DNA of 64,000 bases. Origin: Azolla caroliniana. Lineage: Eukaryota; Plantae; Polypodiophyta. Every line of letters begins with the position of its first letter. Within the stretch, counting starts at the first letter, position 1. The stretch covers positions 1 through 64,000 of the forward strand of contig JBHGNT010000099.1 of the NCBI GenBank assembly GCA_043228905.1. The letters run 5' to 3'. Made by a program: the position numbers and the translations under genes. The notes under the pieces are model-generated. The model was not told the origin of the DNA. It made no database searches and was given only the letters and a program-made list of their open reading frames with translations. Positions 48,361 to 61,100 of the stretch are shown here, in pieces.

Positions 48361-50088
48361 TGTTACAGAGATCGAACACAGCGTCACTAGGGCACCACAA
48401 AATCTTGAACCAGCAGCGGGGGAGGACCCCTCAATAACCTTACAAGAGGAGATTGCCGCACAACATGCAATCGCTGCTAAAGCAAAAAGGGCTACGTAGC
48501 TTGTAGAGTCTGAGATTAACCGCCTCCGCTCCGAACTCCGCCAATCCTCCGATAGAGAAAAGGACATCCGGGCCAAAGGCCGAAAGGCAGTGAAGGCCCT
48601 CGAAGAGAAACTCAAAGCGGAGGCAGCAAGGCACGCCCGCACGAAGGAGGAAAACACCAAACTACGGGAGGAAGCCCAAAAGTTGCAAGTGGCGATCGCA
48701 GGACTCCGGGCGTTATTGGAAAACAAAAAAGCGTGGTATGACGAGTAGCTCGTACGAGAAAATGAGGTGAGGCATTAGGTCGAAGTCCGCCTGAACTATG
48801 AAATGGGCCGGTTGGAGGAATTACACTCGAAAGAATCTCAAATATGGGCAGGAATGAAGAAGCATTATGAGGAATCGGCTGCGGTTAATAAGCAAGAAAT
48901 TGGAAACCTCAAAAAAACCCTGGAAGAAGCACAGAACCGCTGCCAAGTAATAACCGACAATGTGCGCATACTTCTTCAAACAAATCGGGAGAGGTTTACG
49001 ACGCAATTACAAGTAGTGCTAGACAAAGGTTGGATGGCATGGGCATCACAAGCGGCGGAGTTGCATACCTACTGGGTGGACTGGGAGAACCGTAGGACAG
49101 AAGGCTGAGGTTTCTACAAACTCAATGAGGAAGGCATTGTAGTAGTACGCGAGGATCTAGCACAGGATTATCGCACACTAGCGGACCAGCACTCCGAGGA
49201 ACTCGCGCAACTACTGGACGATTTCGGCGAAAGTCAAGAGGATATGTTTCACCAAATCATGGAAGCAGGTAGCACGCTGCCAAGAGCAGAGCCCATTGTG
49301 ATACCAGAAAGTGATACTGCCGAACAGGAGGAACCTCAACCCAATTCTTCGGAGATGACAACTACGGAAGGCAGCACGCGGCAAAGAGCGAAGCCCATCA
49401 CGATACCGGAAAATGATACTGCCGAATAGGAGGAACCTTAGCCCAATTCACCGGAGAGGACAATTACGGCCTTCAACACTGAGGAAGTTACAGAGAGGAC
49501 AGAGCCTCAGACTACCAAGAGCCCGCAGACAGAAGAGCCAGCCACAGTAGAACGGAATGAGGCAGCAGAGCCGGGTCCGCCCACGTTGGGAGACGTTGAC
49601 GCCATGGAAAACCCCACCGAGCAAGTACAAGACATGCAACCACGCAACCACGCGCCTACGGGCACTACGCCGTCCACGGATCAGTACCTAGGAGAGGAAC
49701 CAAACATCCGGAATATTTTGGAGAAAGAATAAAGGGATGGGTCCGACATGCCATGTCCTCTATAAGAGGTGCGTGTAATTTTGGGAATATAGAGCGTTTT
49801 TATAATAGAATACTATCTTCTCTTATCTCTATGCATATCTGTAGTTTTCTCTGTTGTGTTCTTTGTTTCTTTGTTGCATACGGTTAATCGTAAGGGTGTT
49901 GGTGTAAGTGCGGATACTAGTGCACTTTCTAAGGAGTTCGGTTGTAGCTGTCCCCCCTTATACGTTACTAGGATACAAGGGAGTATCCCATTACGATTTA
50001 CGGTACGATGGTTCTATTCCTTGTAAAACGGTCACCTTGAGGTCTACGCCGAAGGACTGAGCGTAGACAGTGTTCCTAATCGGTAACA
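48361..50088 (+). mobile_element. Fragment of a related Gypsy: C-terminal part of the extra ORF running into an LTR-like end
   Basis: WMAWASQAAELHTYWVDWENRRTEG..VVVREDLAQDYRTLA aligns with WDKWAKHTAELQLLRADAENRQKDG..TVVRDELVEDFVTLA. TATA-like TATAAG about 49761. Termini TGTTAC...GTAACA but no matching TSD. Confidence 0.7.
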
Positions 50089-50368
50089 CACCTGCTCACA
50101 TATTCATCCTCGACTACTGTAATATTTTTAAATTCCCTTGGTCCAATTGTCTTAGCACAAGAGCAAAGAGCAACCAAGATATCCAGTTTTCGCCTCCCTG
50201 GTCAAGTCGACACCAATATCATCAACATGAACAAGGGAAAGAAGATTGCTAGGTATGTTTTCGGAACTATATTTTTAGATTCTTCAAAGATTCCCAAAAT
50301 ATTCCTTTTTGTGTTTGTTAATTTTTTGTGTCTTGAATACGATGCTTTCAATCGAGTTCTCATAATTT

Positions 50369-50625
50369 CAACGATGGAGTGCATGGAGTTCTCGTTGAAA
50401 GGGGGGAGAACTCGATGCACTGCATCGAGTTTCTGTTGAAAAGGGGGACTTTCAACGAGAACGTGATGCACTCATTGAAAGGGAGGAGAACTTGATGCAG
50501 TGCATTGAGTTCCCATTGAAAGGGTTTTGCTTTCCACGGGAACTCGATGCAGTGTAGCAAGTAGTGTTTCTTTCAATGGAAACTCGATGCACTGCATCGA
50601 CTTCTCGTTGAAAGAGGGGACTTTC
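50369..50625. repeat. Cluster of short palindromic repeats (AACTCGATGCA-N-TGCATCGAGTT) alternating with TTGAAAGGGG motifs
   Basis: Best copies at about 50409-50431 and 50581-50603; degenerate copies at about 50370, 50460, 50489 and 50541. Confidence 0.8.
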
Positions 50626-50889
50626 ATGATCAATATACTAGAATTGGTCACTTTCTTGCTATTTTTTTGCATTTTTCTCAATGTTTTTTTATGTAACATT
50701 ACATTTGAAAATGGGTGATTTTCGCCTACTTTTGCGGAAGTTTACCTTAGTTTTCAGGTTTACGTTGTTTATTTTTAAGATTATTGACATATCATTGTGT
50801 TATTACTTGTTGTTTTTAGTGAATCACGATAGAAGGTCCCATCTGTTAAATTGAAGATTCCTTCCCCAACAAAAAAACCTTCCGACACC

Positions 50890-52504
50890 ATGCCCAAGAA
50901 TGACTCACAGAAAATGTTTATTGAGTTGGGAGGTGATGGGACTTCCCTCACTTTAGGCGAAAAGAGTAGTGGGGAGCCTCGCTTCAAGATCTACCCTCAT
51001 GTCGAGTGGACATTAATCTATACCCAAGACAAAGGAGATTTGCTCCTTATTTTTGCGAAATTTGAAGGTGAGGGCAAGTTGCAAGTGGGGAAGACTTTCA
51101 CCTACAGCCATGTAAAGAATATCGAATTCGAAAACAATGACTCATCGAACCTCTTGTTCGATGTTGATAGCTTGGTGGGGATGCGCAGAGTCAGGATAGA
51201 TGAACAAAATTTCATAAATTAGTCGTGCCACCTGAAAGCTTTGAAAAAGATGTTCAAACCAAAAATAATTTGAGTGTTGCTTTGCGCCCTTATATTAAGG
51301 GAGAACTGATGTTCGCACAAGCAACCACACCACCAAAGTTTGCCAATAAATCAAAATCGGAGCATAAGAAGTACAAGAAAAGGCAGCAGCCCGAGGAGGA
51401 CGAGCCCGAGGTACTCGAGTTCGTGGAAGATGAGGAGGAAGATATTGAGTTCAAAGTTATTCCTCCAGGGGGCCACATTGCATCGGGAATACTCACCTCA
51501 GAGCAAAATCGGATAAGAGAAAACGACAACTATTTCACTTGCCAATCTCCTCTATTCTGAGGCCACCCATTGATCTTGAAACAACAAGACGGACTCTAGA
51601 AATAAGAGAGCCACATTTAGTGCATGTGCAAAACTTAAAAAGAAAAATGAAGATAAATTCACATGCCACTGTAGTGTCATTCCTAGTAATGGTAGACCTT
51701 GATCAGTGCCCAACTGTTGTTGACTTTAAGTATAGTTCAGCTGACAACTACACATACTACATGATTGGAGCATCCCACTCTACTGAAGCTCGACATCAAC
51801 TTGTGAAGGAGTATCCACCTACCCCATTCTTCAAATATGCAAAATGTAAAGTGTACGATGGCCTTAGACATGAAGAAGCCAAGTTGCTAGTTTGGGGTCA
51901 TAACAATGATTATGACTACAAATAAAAGATGTCATGTATCGAGCGCCTCAAGTTCTTCCATCACGAGTACCTTGATGCATTGCAAAAATTTGGTCCTAGG
52001 TTGCATCCTGGATTGCAATGACAATGTCTGCTTGAAGTGGGGATAGCAGTTGACGAAAGCACTAGGTCTAAAGGCCTAAGGAAATATGACTCGTGGTTTC
52101 AACTTGTGTTGAGAACAACGGAGGTGTGGGACCTCCAAGATCAAATTTTTAGTATGTGGGAGCGAAAAGAAATAAAGGGTCAAAGATCAAAGAAGGCTAA
52201 GCTTGACCCACAATTGGAGATGAAGTCTAAGTCACGTAAAAGTGACTTAGTAATTGAAGAACTAGCCGAGGATATGAAGTTGCTTCCTTGGCGGTCATTG
52301 CAAGGAATAAAAGATGACAGATTATTAATATATGTATTATCAAGAGTGGTTGCCAAGGAGTTTAGCCTTGATGAAATGGTCACAGAGTTTCAAAAGTGAG
52401 TATTCTATGTGATGACTTATTTTGATTGTATTGTGGGAATGATTTGCTCTTTATAATAACCTTACTTTCTTTTAATTTTTAGCCATAAGGTTTATGTGAA
52501 GATA
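50890..52504 (+). pseudogene. Decayed intron-containing gene with ParB/Srx-like motif, copy 2 (3' truncated)
   Basis: Runs from MPKNDSQK through LEIREPHLVHVQNLKRKM..FLVMVD..YYMIGASHSTEARHQL..CKVYDGLRHEEAKLLVWGHN to EMVTEFQK, then a GT-AG intron about 52396-52482. Colinear with 2796-4420. Confidence 0.65.
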
Positions 52505-52679
52505 GGTACCACTAAGGAACGACCGTGCACTTTGGAATTTGCAACAGACTTTGTACATAGTATCGCAAGGCTTGGTTTGTCAATTACCCTCCCTGGTGTG
52601 CTCTTGCTAGAAACTACAACATTCATATTATACGCATACATATTATAAGAGTACATATTATAACATGAGCTCAAAATTA

Positions 52680-53760
52680 CAAATATAGTATTGATCCACC
52701 TGGACATGCATATTTCATATGGTAATGAACAATGTTAGTACTAAAAAGCCAAGACATTCATGTCTATTTGTTCGGTCATGGAAAGCCTAATTCAAGTGGA
52801 CACAAAAAGTACAATGCAATAAGCAATGCTAGTACTAATACAAGTTGTACAACTAAACATTTAGGACCCTCCCTACCAAATAATCAATACTGAATGAATT
52901 GATTATGGAGGAATGCAATGTATTAAGTAATGTTAGTACTTAAACAACATCTTAGGAACTTGAAGGATTAGTACTAAGACACCTGGAGATGCATATTTCA
53001 TCGAGTAATGAACAATGTTAGTACTTAAAAGCCAAGACCTTCATGCCTATTTGTTCGGTTATGCAATGCCTAAGTCAAGTGGACTCAAAAACTACAATGC
53101 AATTAACCAATGTTAGTACTAATACGAGTTATACAACTACACATTTAAGACCCTCCACACTAAATAATCAATACTGAATCAATTGATCACGAAAGAATAC
53201 AATGGAATAAGTACTGTTAGTACTTAATCAACATCTTAGGATCTTAAAAGAATAGTATTGAACGACCTTGACATGCATATTTCTGATGGTAATGAACAAT
53301 GTTAGTACTAAACAACCAAGACCGACATGCCTATTTGTTCGGTTATGAAAAGCCTAAGTCAAGTGGACTCAAAAAGTACAATGCAATTAACCAATGTTAG
53401 TACTAATACGAGTTATACAACTAAACATTTAAGACCCTCCGTAAGAAATAATCAATACCGAATCAATTGATCACGAAGGAATACAACGGAATAAGTACTG
53501 TTAGTACTTAATCAACATCTTAGGATCTTAAAGGAATAGTATTGAACCACCTGGACATGCATATTTCGGATGGTAATGAACAATGTTAGTACTAAACAGC
53601 CAAGACCGACATGCCTATTTGTTCGATCATGCAAAGCCTTAGTCAAATGGATAAAAAAAGTACAATGCAATAAACAATGTTAGTACTAATACAAGTTATA
53701 CAACTAAACATTTAAGACCTTTAGTACTAAATAATCTGCACTAAATCGACTGATCATCCT
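52680..53760. repeat. Tandem array of about four 284-bp units, each built of three about 95-bp subunits containing TTAGTACT(A/T)A
   Basis: GACATGCATATTTC-like anchor at about 52703, 52986, 53270 and 53554; about 15 AGTACT sites. Confidence 0.9.
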
Positions 53761-54187
53761 GGATCCAACTGTAAGAATAGAACCAAAAGTAAAATTATAA
53801 AATCATAGTATAAAAATTGCATAATGCTAAATCACATACCATAGGAGTGTACTTTCAAACCCCAAGCTAGGTACCATTCGGCTCCAACTATACTTTTACA
53901 GTCCAAACATATATTTTCTTGCTCGACATGGTACTTAGCACATAACAAATGATATGTGTGCAAGCATGGTGTAATGATAGCATGCATAGACTCAAGCTTG
54001 AATCCAAGGCCACAAAATAAACACCTTTAGTAACGAGACACAACATACACTATATTAGCACCAATGATATTTTATACCATAGAAGGTCAAAAAGGAGAAA
54101 TATAAACCATTATTGTGATATAGTAATGTTTCTAATTGTACTTTCCATGCAAGTGGTGTGCTCAACTATGTTTGGACATAGAGTATC

Positions 54188-56129
54188 TCAACCTTTTTCT
54201 TTTAGAACCTTCAAAAAACATGTTAGATTCTCTGAATGCAGCTTTAAGGCTGATAATTGCTCATCAATTTCATTACGAGAAGACCGCCATGTCTCTAAAT
54301 CTTTCTTCTGTGCTTCCAGATGAGTACCCATACTTGTGAGCTCCTTCTTCAACTCCTCTTTTAACACATCACTTTCTGAATTTTGGATTGTTGATGCAAT
54401 CCATTTGTATGTATTTGACATAGATGTGAATTGTTTCTCTGCTGCCATCTCACTAAATGAAACTTCTTCCAAATCGACCGGCAGTGCTTGCATTCTTGTT
54501 TGCATGAAAGCTATACAACGCAACAATAGCTCTTCATGTTTTTCTGTCAATGTGGCTTTTTGTTTTGCAATTTGTGAGTCAACACAGATGTCCGAGTTGG
54601 GATTTCAATATGAGAGGTACACTCAGACTTCATGGTAGTGTTGGTACTTGAGGACCCTCTATAATGTGATGATCGATGATGAGCAAAATCTTCCCAATCA
54701 ACTTCAATGTCACCATGGAGTTCACATGCAAATGCACGTGCAAAGACAGATCCTACCTCATTGTTTAGGATATGTTTCCTATCATAAACTTGTTCATATT
54801 GTGACTTTAGTTTAGTGATATAATCCTTCTTCAATTGAGTGAGGGGGAAACCTCTCCGTGTCTCTGTGATGAGCCCTAGGTTTTCATCATCCACATGTCT
54901 AGGTCTTCATAAGTGTGAGGTCGTGCACGAAGGAAATAAACCCATCCCAATTTTGTACCTCGAAGGATGTTTGTGTGAACCTTTTTGCCCTAAGTTGCCA
55001 AAAACTTCGACCTCCCTTTGGTGGGGGTCATCTTACTTTCTTTGATGGGGGTCCTTTTTCATTCCTTGCATGGTGTGATGACATTTTCAGTGACCATTTT
55101 GTGTTGTTGATGCAAACCATTCGTATGTATTCGACATAGATGTGAATTGTTTCTCTGTTGCCATCTCACGAGATGAAACTTCTTCCCAATTGGGCATCAG
55201 TGCTTGCATTTTTGTTTGCATGAAAGCTATACAACGCAACAATCGCTCTTCATGTTTTTCTGTCAATGTGGCTTTCTGTTTTGCAATTTGTGAGTCAACA
55301 CAGATGTCCGAGTTGGGATTTCAATATGAGAGGTACAGTCAGACTTCATGGTAGTGTTGGTACTTGAGGACCCTCTATAATGTGATGATCGATGATGAGC
55401 AAAATCTTCCCAATCAACTTCAATGTCACCATGGAGTTCACATGCAAATGCACGTGCAAAGACAGATCCTACCTCATTGTTAAGGATATGTTTCCTATCA
55501 TAAACTTGTTCATATTGTGACTTTAGTTTATTGATATAATCCTTCTTCAATTGAGTGAGGTGGAACCTCTCCGTGTCTCTGTGATGAGCCCTAGTTTTTC
55601 ATCATCCACATGTCTAGGTCTTCATAAGTGTGAGGTCGTGCACGAAGGAAATAAACCCATCCCAATTTTGTACCTTGAAGGATGTTTGTGTGAACCTTTT
55701 TGCCCTAAGTTGCCAAAAACTTCGACCTCCCTTTGGTGGGGGTTATCTTACTTTCTTTGATGGGGGTCCTTTTTCATTCCTTGCATGGTGTGATGACATT
55801 TTCGGTGACCATTTTGTGTTGTTGATGCAAACCATTCGTATGTATTCGACATAGATGTGAATTGTTTCTCTGTTGCCATCTCACGAGATGAAACTTCTTC
55901 CCAATCGGGCATCAGTGCTTGCATTTTTGTTTGCATGAAAGCTATACAACGCAACAATCGCTCTTCATGTTTTTCTGTCAATGTGGCTTTCTGTTTTGCA
56001 ATTTGTGAGTAAACACAGATGTCCGAGTTGGGATTTCAATATGAGAGGTACACTCAGACTTCATGGTAGTGTTGGTACTTGAGGACCCTCTATACTGTGA
56101 TGATTGATGATGAGCAAAATCTTCCCAAT
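54188..56129 (-). pseudogene. Decayed unknown ORF (VYDRKHILNNEVGSVFARAFACELHGDIEVDWEDFA plus coiled-coil-like tail), internally duplicated by the 716-bp repeat
   Basis: ORF pieces 55263-55550, 54547-54894 and 54188-54550. Protein-like composition, no family recognised. Confidence 0.45.
54385..56129. repeat. Tandem repeat with 716-bp period (about 2.4 copies), cut by the Copia LTR at 56130
   Basis: TTTTCTGTCAATGTGGCTTT at about 54540, 55256 and 55972. Confidence 0.92.
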
Positions 56130-58194
56130 TGAAAAAACGAAGGTGCGGAAGCATTAGACAACTAGTTTAGCCGGATAGCAACACAGAGAGAGAGAGAGAT
56201 TAACAAATAGAAGGTATGTAGGAGAGACATAGAAAGAGCAGAACAACTTAAATCTATTATCAACAATCCTGTAAATTCTCTATACATACAACGTGCTCAA
56301 CAACACTATTTATACAAGTCCTAAGATGACTGACAGAGGTACAATGTCCTTCAATGCTCACATGAGCATCTGACACTAACTACGAGACATTAACTACCTA
56401 GTAGTCTAGGCTACTACTAGGCTTCTAGTTACTGCTTGATCCGGCTAACCGGCTCCCCAGCTCATCGACTTGCCGATCCGACTTAAGCTTATTCAGTCGA
56501 TCCGGATCCGGTTGAGCTTGCCGCTCATCACTCCCCCTCAAGCTCAAGTTGAGATCGGATCGTAATGTTAGTCTCCATGGCAACCGGTCCTTCCACCGAG
56601 CTCCTTCTGGCGTCACTCCGTCTTGCTCGCGCTCCTCGTCTGGTCCGGTCCCATTTGTTGCGACCCTTCTGATTTTGCACACCTCGATCTCCTCGGTCGG
56701 CTTGTCTGCTCAACAGGCCCAATTCAGCTCCCTCACTGTTGTGACTTTGGCACTTGCTAATTCGCCGATTCCTTCGTGTTGACGTCCTCTTGGCCTTGTC
56801 GTCCTCTTGGCCTTGAATTGATCCAATTCTTCTTAATCTGTCTGTTGAACCGAATCGGCTATCTCCGATTCATTCCAGCTCTTGTTTGAATCGGTCGCTC
56901 CCGATTCGTCTTCCAGTTCTAGGCCCTTGACCACATCGGACCATGTTCGGGTCTTGGCCTTCTTCTTCCGGTCGGCTCTGTCCTTCTTGACTCTGCCGCC
57001 GCTGCCATTTGTTCCGACTTGTTCGGATGTGTCAACTTTCTTTGTCAATTTAGCTCCTTTCTTCTTCTCGTCTCTCCCTTTGTTGGTTCTTCCCTCACCG
57101 GTGCAATCGACAAATTCTTTGCCTTTGCCTGTTCCGGTGTCTTTGCCCGTTCTCCCCCTCAAGTGTGGCACGTAGAGATGTTGAACACCAAGCATTTCGG
57201 TGAAGTGCTACAACTTGTCCGATCCGAGCGGTTTGGTGAAGATGTCGGCAACTTGCCGATCCGTATGAACATACCAAAGTTTGACTTCACCACTCAGGAC
57301 ACGCTCATCCACGAAGTGGTAGTGGTTGTGTGAGCATGGAATACGGGGTTCTTGGCGAGCTGCATACTGCTTATGTTGTCGTAGTAGATCAGGATCGGGG
57401 TCGACACTTTGATCCGTAGGTCTTGCAACAGTCGCCGAAGCCAAATGGCTTCACAGGTGGCAATGGTAACACCTCGGTATTCAACCTCAGTGCTCGAAAA
57501 GGCCACTGTTGGCTGCTTTTTGCTGCTCCACGCAACAGCAGCGCTACTAAGGGAAAAAATGTAGCCGGAGGTGGATCGGCGATCCGATGCATTGCCGGCC
57601 CCGTCGGCATCGGTGTAGCTGACTAGCTCTTCGATTATACCATGCCGGTACAATAGTCCCCGGTCCTTCGTGCCGCTCACATATCGCAAAATTCGATGCG
57701 CGCACAGAAGGTGCTCCACGGTCGGCTTCTGCATATATTGGTAGTCACGCCGACTGGATAACTGATGTTGGTTCGGCTGATTGTCAAATATATAAGGCTT
57801 CCAACAATTTGTCGGAACCACTTCTCATCACAGGCTAGTCCGGAGTCGGGACGGAGCTTCTGGTTCCGGTCCAGGGGTGTGGAGATCGGTCGGCATTCCA
57901 TCATGCCGAACTTGTACAACATAATCAACACATAGTGTCTTTGTGAGAGCAATATGCCATCGGGGGTTTGAATCACCTCGATCCCAAGGAAATAGTGAAG
58001 GTCCCCCAGGTCCTTCATCTCAAATGCTTTCGACAGTTGGGACTTGACTTGGCTGATTTCATCGATTCCGGGTCCGGTGATGACTAGATCATCAACATAC
58101 AGCAAGATGCAAACCAGACCATTTGGACCTTGCCGGATGAACAATGAAGAGTCGAACTTGGAGGCAACAAACCCCATCTTACGCAACCGGTGCG

Positions 58195-61100
58195 TGTTGG
58201 GATTACGGTCCCTCCGGATGGGATGGTCAGATGTCCGGAGCCGGTTGATGAAGACCCCGGCTACGGAGCCGGTTGATGAAGACCCCGGCTACGGAGCCGG
58301 GTGATGAAGACCCCGGCTACGGAGCCGGATGATGAATGTACCCGGAGAGAGATCCGGATGCGGGGACATATTTGTGAATATGTTTGCCAAGGGCCCTCTA
58401 GGCTATATTTGTAAATAGCCCGAAAGTCATATGTTGTATAAATATGACTTAGGGCAAACAGTTTTATGTTGTTGCTCATTTTATGTTTTCAGCCGAGAGA
58501 GCGAAGTGAGAGCAGCCGAGAGAGAGAGAGAGAAAGGAAGAGGTCGACGCCTCTATGTATTACCGCCGCCTGTGGCGAAGACAGTGAGCTCAAGGTTGTT
58601 GCCTTGTAGCTTCACCATTGTACATCTCTGTGTATAGTGATAGTTGGAGTTTGAGGACTCCCGTGGTTTTTCCCATTTAGGGTTTTCCACGTAAAACACC
58701 CTGTGTACTCTTCTCTCTATTGTCTTCGTGCATTTTGTATTTCCTGTTTTCTGTGAGTTGATCCTATTCCTCGGTTGTGGCCGAGCACTGTGTGCAACAA
58801 AGTGGTATCAGAGCGACGTTAACACAGAAAATGGAAGGCGGCGGTAGTGGGCCTCCGGGCATGATGGTGTTGAACTCACAGAACTACGCCGACTGGAAGA
58901 TAAAGATGGAAGACCTTCTCATCGTCCGAGACCTGTACGAACCGATCGACAATGCCGAGATACCCAAGGGGGTAATAGAGTCGGAGTGGAAGCTCCTGAA
59001 CCGGAAAGCCGTAGCGACGATCCGGCAATATGTCGATGTAAGTGTTCTGCAACATGTGGCGAACGATACGAACGCCTATGAGATGTGGCAGAAGCTGTCC
59101 GGACTGTATGAGAGGAAGAATGCTCTGACCCGGACCTCCCTGATGAGGAAGATAGTGAATCTTAAGTACCGGGACGGCGAGAGCATGGTCGAACACGTCA
59201 GCACGTTCATGGGATTCGTGAACCAGCTTGCGGCGATCAAGTTCCCGTTGGATGACGCAATGCAAGCCATCATGCTGATGTGTACCCTTCCGGAGAGCTG
59301 GGAGAACTTGGTAGTTACTCTCAGCACCTCCTGTAAGGAAGAGAACTTGTCTTTACTAACGGTAAAGACAAGTATTCTAAATGAAGAAGCACGTCGGAGA
59401 GATAAAGAACCGGCCTCCGACTCGAAGGCGCTGCTTACCGAATCGGAACGGGGAAGACAACGGAACCGGAGTCCGCAAAGACGGGAGAAGTCGGGGACAC
59501 GGTCGCAGTCGAGGGGAAGACCTACATGCTTCTACTGTGGGAAGCCGGGGCACTTCCAGAAGAATTGTCGGCATTTCCGGAAAGACAACGGAACCGACAG
59601 TACCGATTCGAAGAAGTCACCGGAGCGAAACGGTGCATACCGGGGAGCCACGGACCGGAGAGGTCCGGATCGGCGAGGGCAGGACCGGAAAGGAACGACG
59701 GCACTCGCGGCAAGTGAAGAAGAGATAATGCTCATTACCGAAGAGAGGGAGCTGAACCTTGCCGGTGAAGAGATGACCTGGGTGGTCGATTCCGGAGCGT
59801 CGTTCCACCTGACCCCGGAGAAGAAATACTTCTCATCCTACACAGCCGGTGAGCACGGCTGTGTCCAGATGGGAAATGAAGGTACATGCCGGATTGCCGG
59901 CATAGGAGACGTGTGGCTGATGACATCAACCGGATGCAAGATGCTGCTGAAGGATGTTCGACACGTTCCGGAGGTTCGATTAAACCTGATTTCGGCCGGG
60001 AGGCTAGACGATGAAGGCTACACGGGTAGCATCCGGAACGGTGCCATGAAGTTCAGCAAAGGGAGCCTGATAGTGGCTCGGGCCCGGAAGGTCAACACAC
60101 TGTACCTTATGAATGCCTGGTTGTGTTCGGAGGAGTTGAACGTGGCAGCCGACACTGCCGGTGAGCTGTGGCACAAGAGACTGTGCCACATGAGTGAGAA
60201 GGGGATGAAGAGGCTTTTAGAAGACAACCTTATTCCAGTGAAGCATGTGCACCTGGAGAAGTGCACCGATTGCCTGGCCGGTAAACAGAACCGAACCTCC
60301 TTCCACTCAAGGCCACCGACGAGACGTAGCGCACCATTGGAGTTGGTGCACACTGACGTGTGTCAAGTAGAAACGAAGTCACATGGCGGAGCCCAGTACT
60401 TCGTGACATTCATTGATGACCACAGCCGGAAGCTATGGACGGCACCGTTGAAGACAAAGGACCAAGTGTTGTGCGTCTTCAAAGAACTCCACGCGAGAGT
60501 GGAAAGGGAATCCGGCAAGAAGCTGAAAGCGATACGAGCGGATAACGGAGGGGAATACCGGGGGCAGTTCAAGGAGTACTGTCGCTCGAAGGGAATCCGG
60601 CTCGAGTTTACTGTGCCGAAGACGCCGGAACTGAACGGGCTGGCCGAGAGGATGAACCGGACCATAATGGAGAGGGTCCGGAGTATGCTGGCGCATGCGA
60701 AATTACCCAAGGGGTTTTGGGCTGAGGCAATGTCGACGGCGACATATGTGATAAATAGATCACCCTCAGTACCCCTGGATGGAGATACGCCACAGAGAGT
60801 GTGGACCGGTAAGGAAGTGTCCTACCGGCATCTGAAGGTGTTTGGGTGTCTCGCATACGTGCATGTGGCTAAGGACCGGAGAGGAAAGTTAGATCCAAAG
60901 ACCCGGCCATGCATATTCCTCGGTTACGGCAACGACGAGTTCGGCTACCGAGTATGGGACCCAGTCGACAAGAAGATATTCAGGAGTCGAGATATCATCT
61001 TCATGGAGGACAAGACACTCGCCGACTGGGAGTCGGAGAAGAAGATGAAGAGTTCCAAGTCGACCGGTGAGGATCAACTCTACGAGGAGCAGTCCCGACC

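Noticed and set aside
52509-52520. CACTAAGGAACG as a CACTA terminal inverted repeat
   Set aside because: No matching partner end or Tnp2 transposase was found in the window; the 5-mer can occur by chance.
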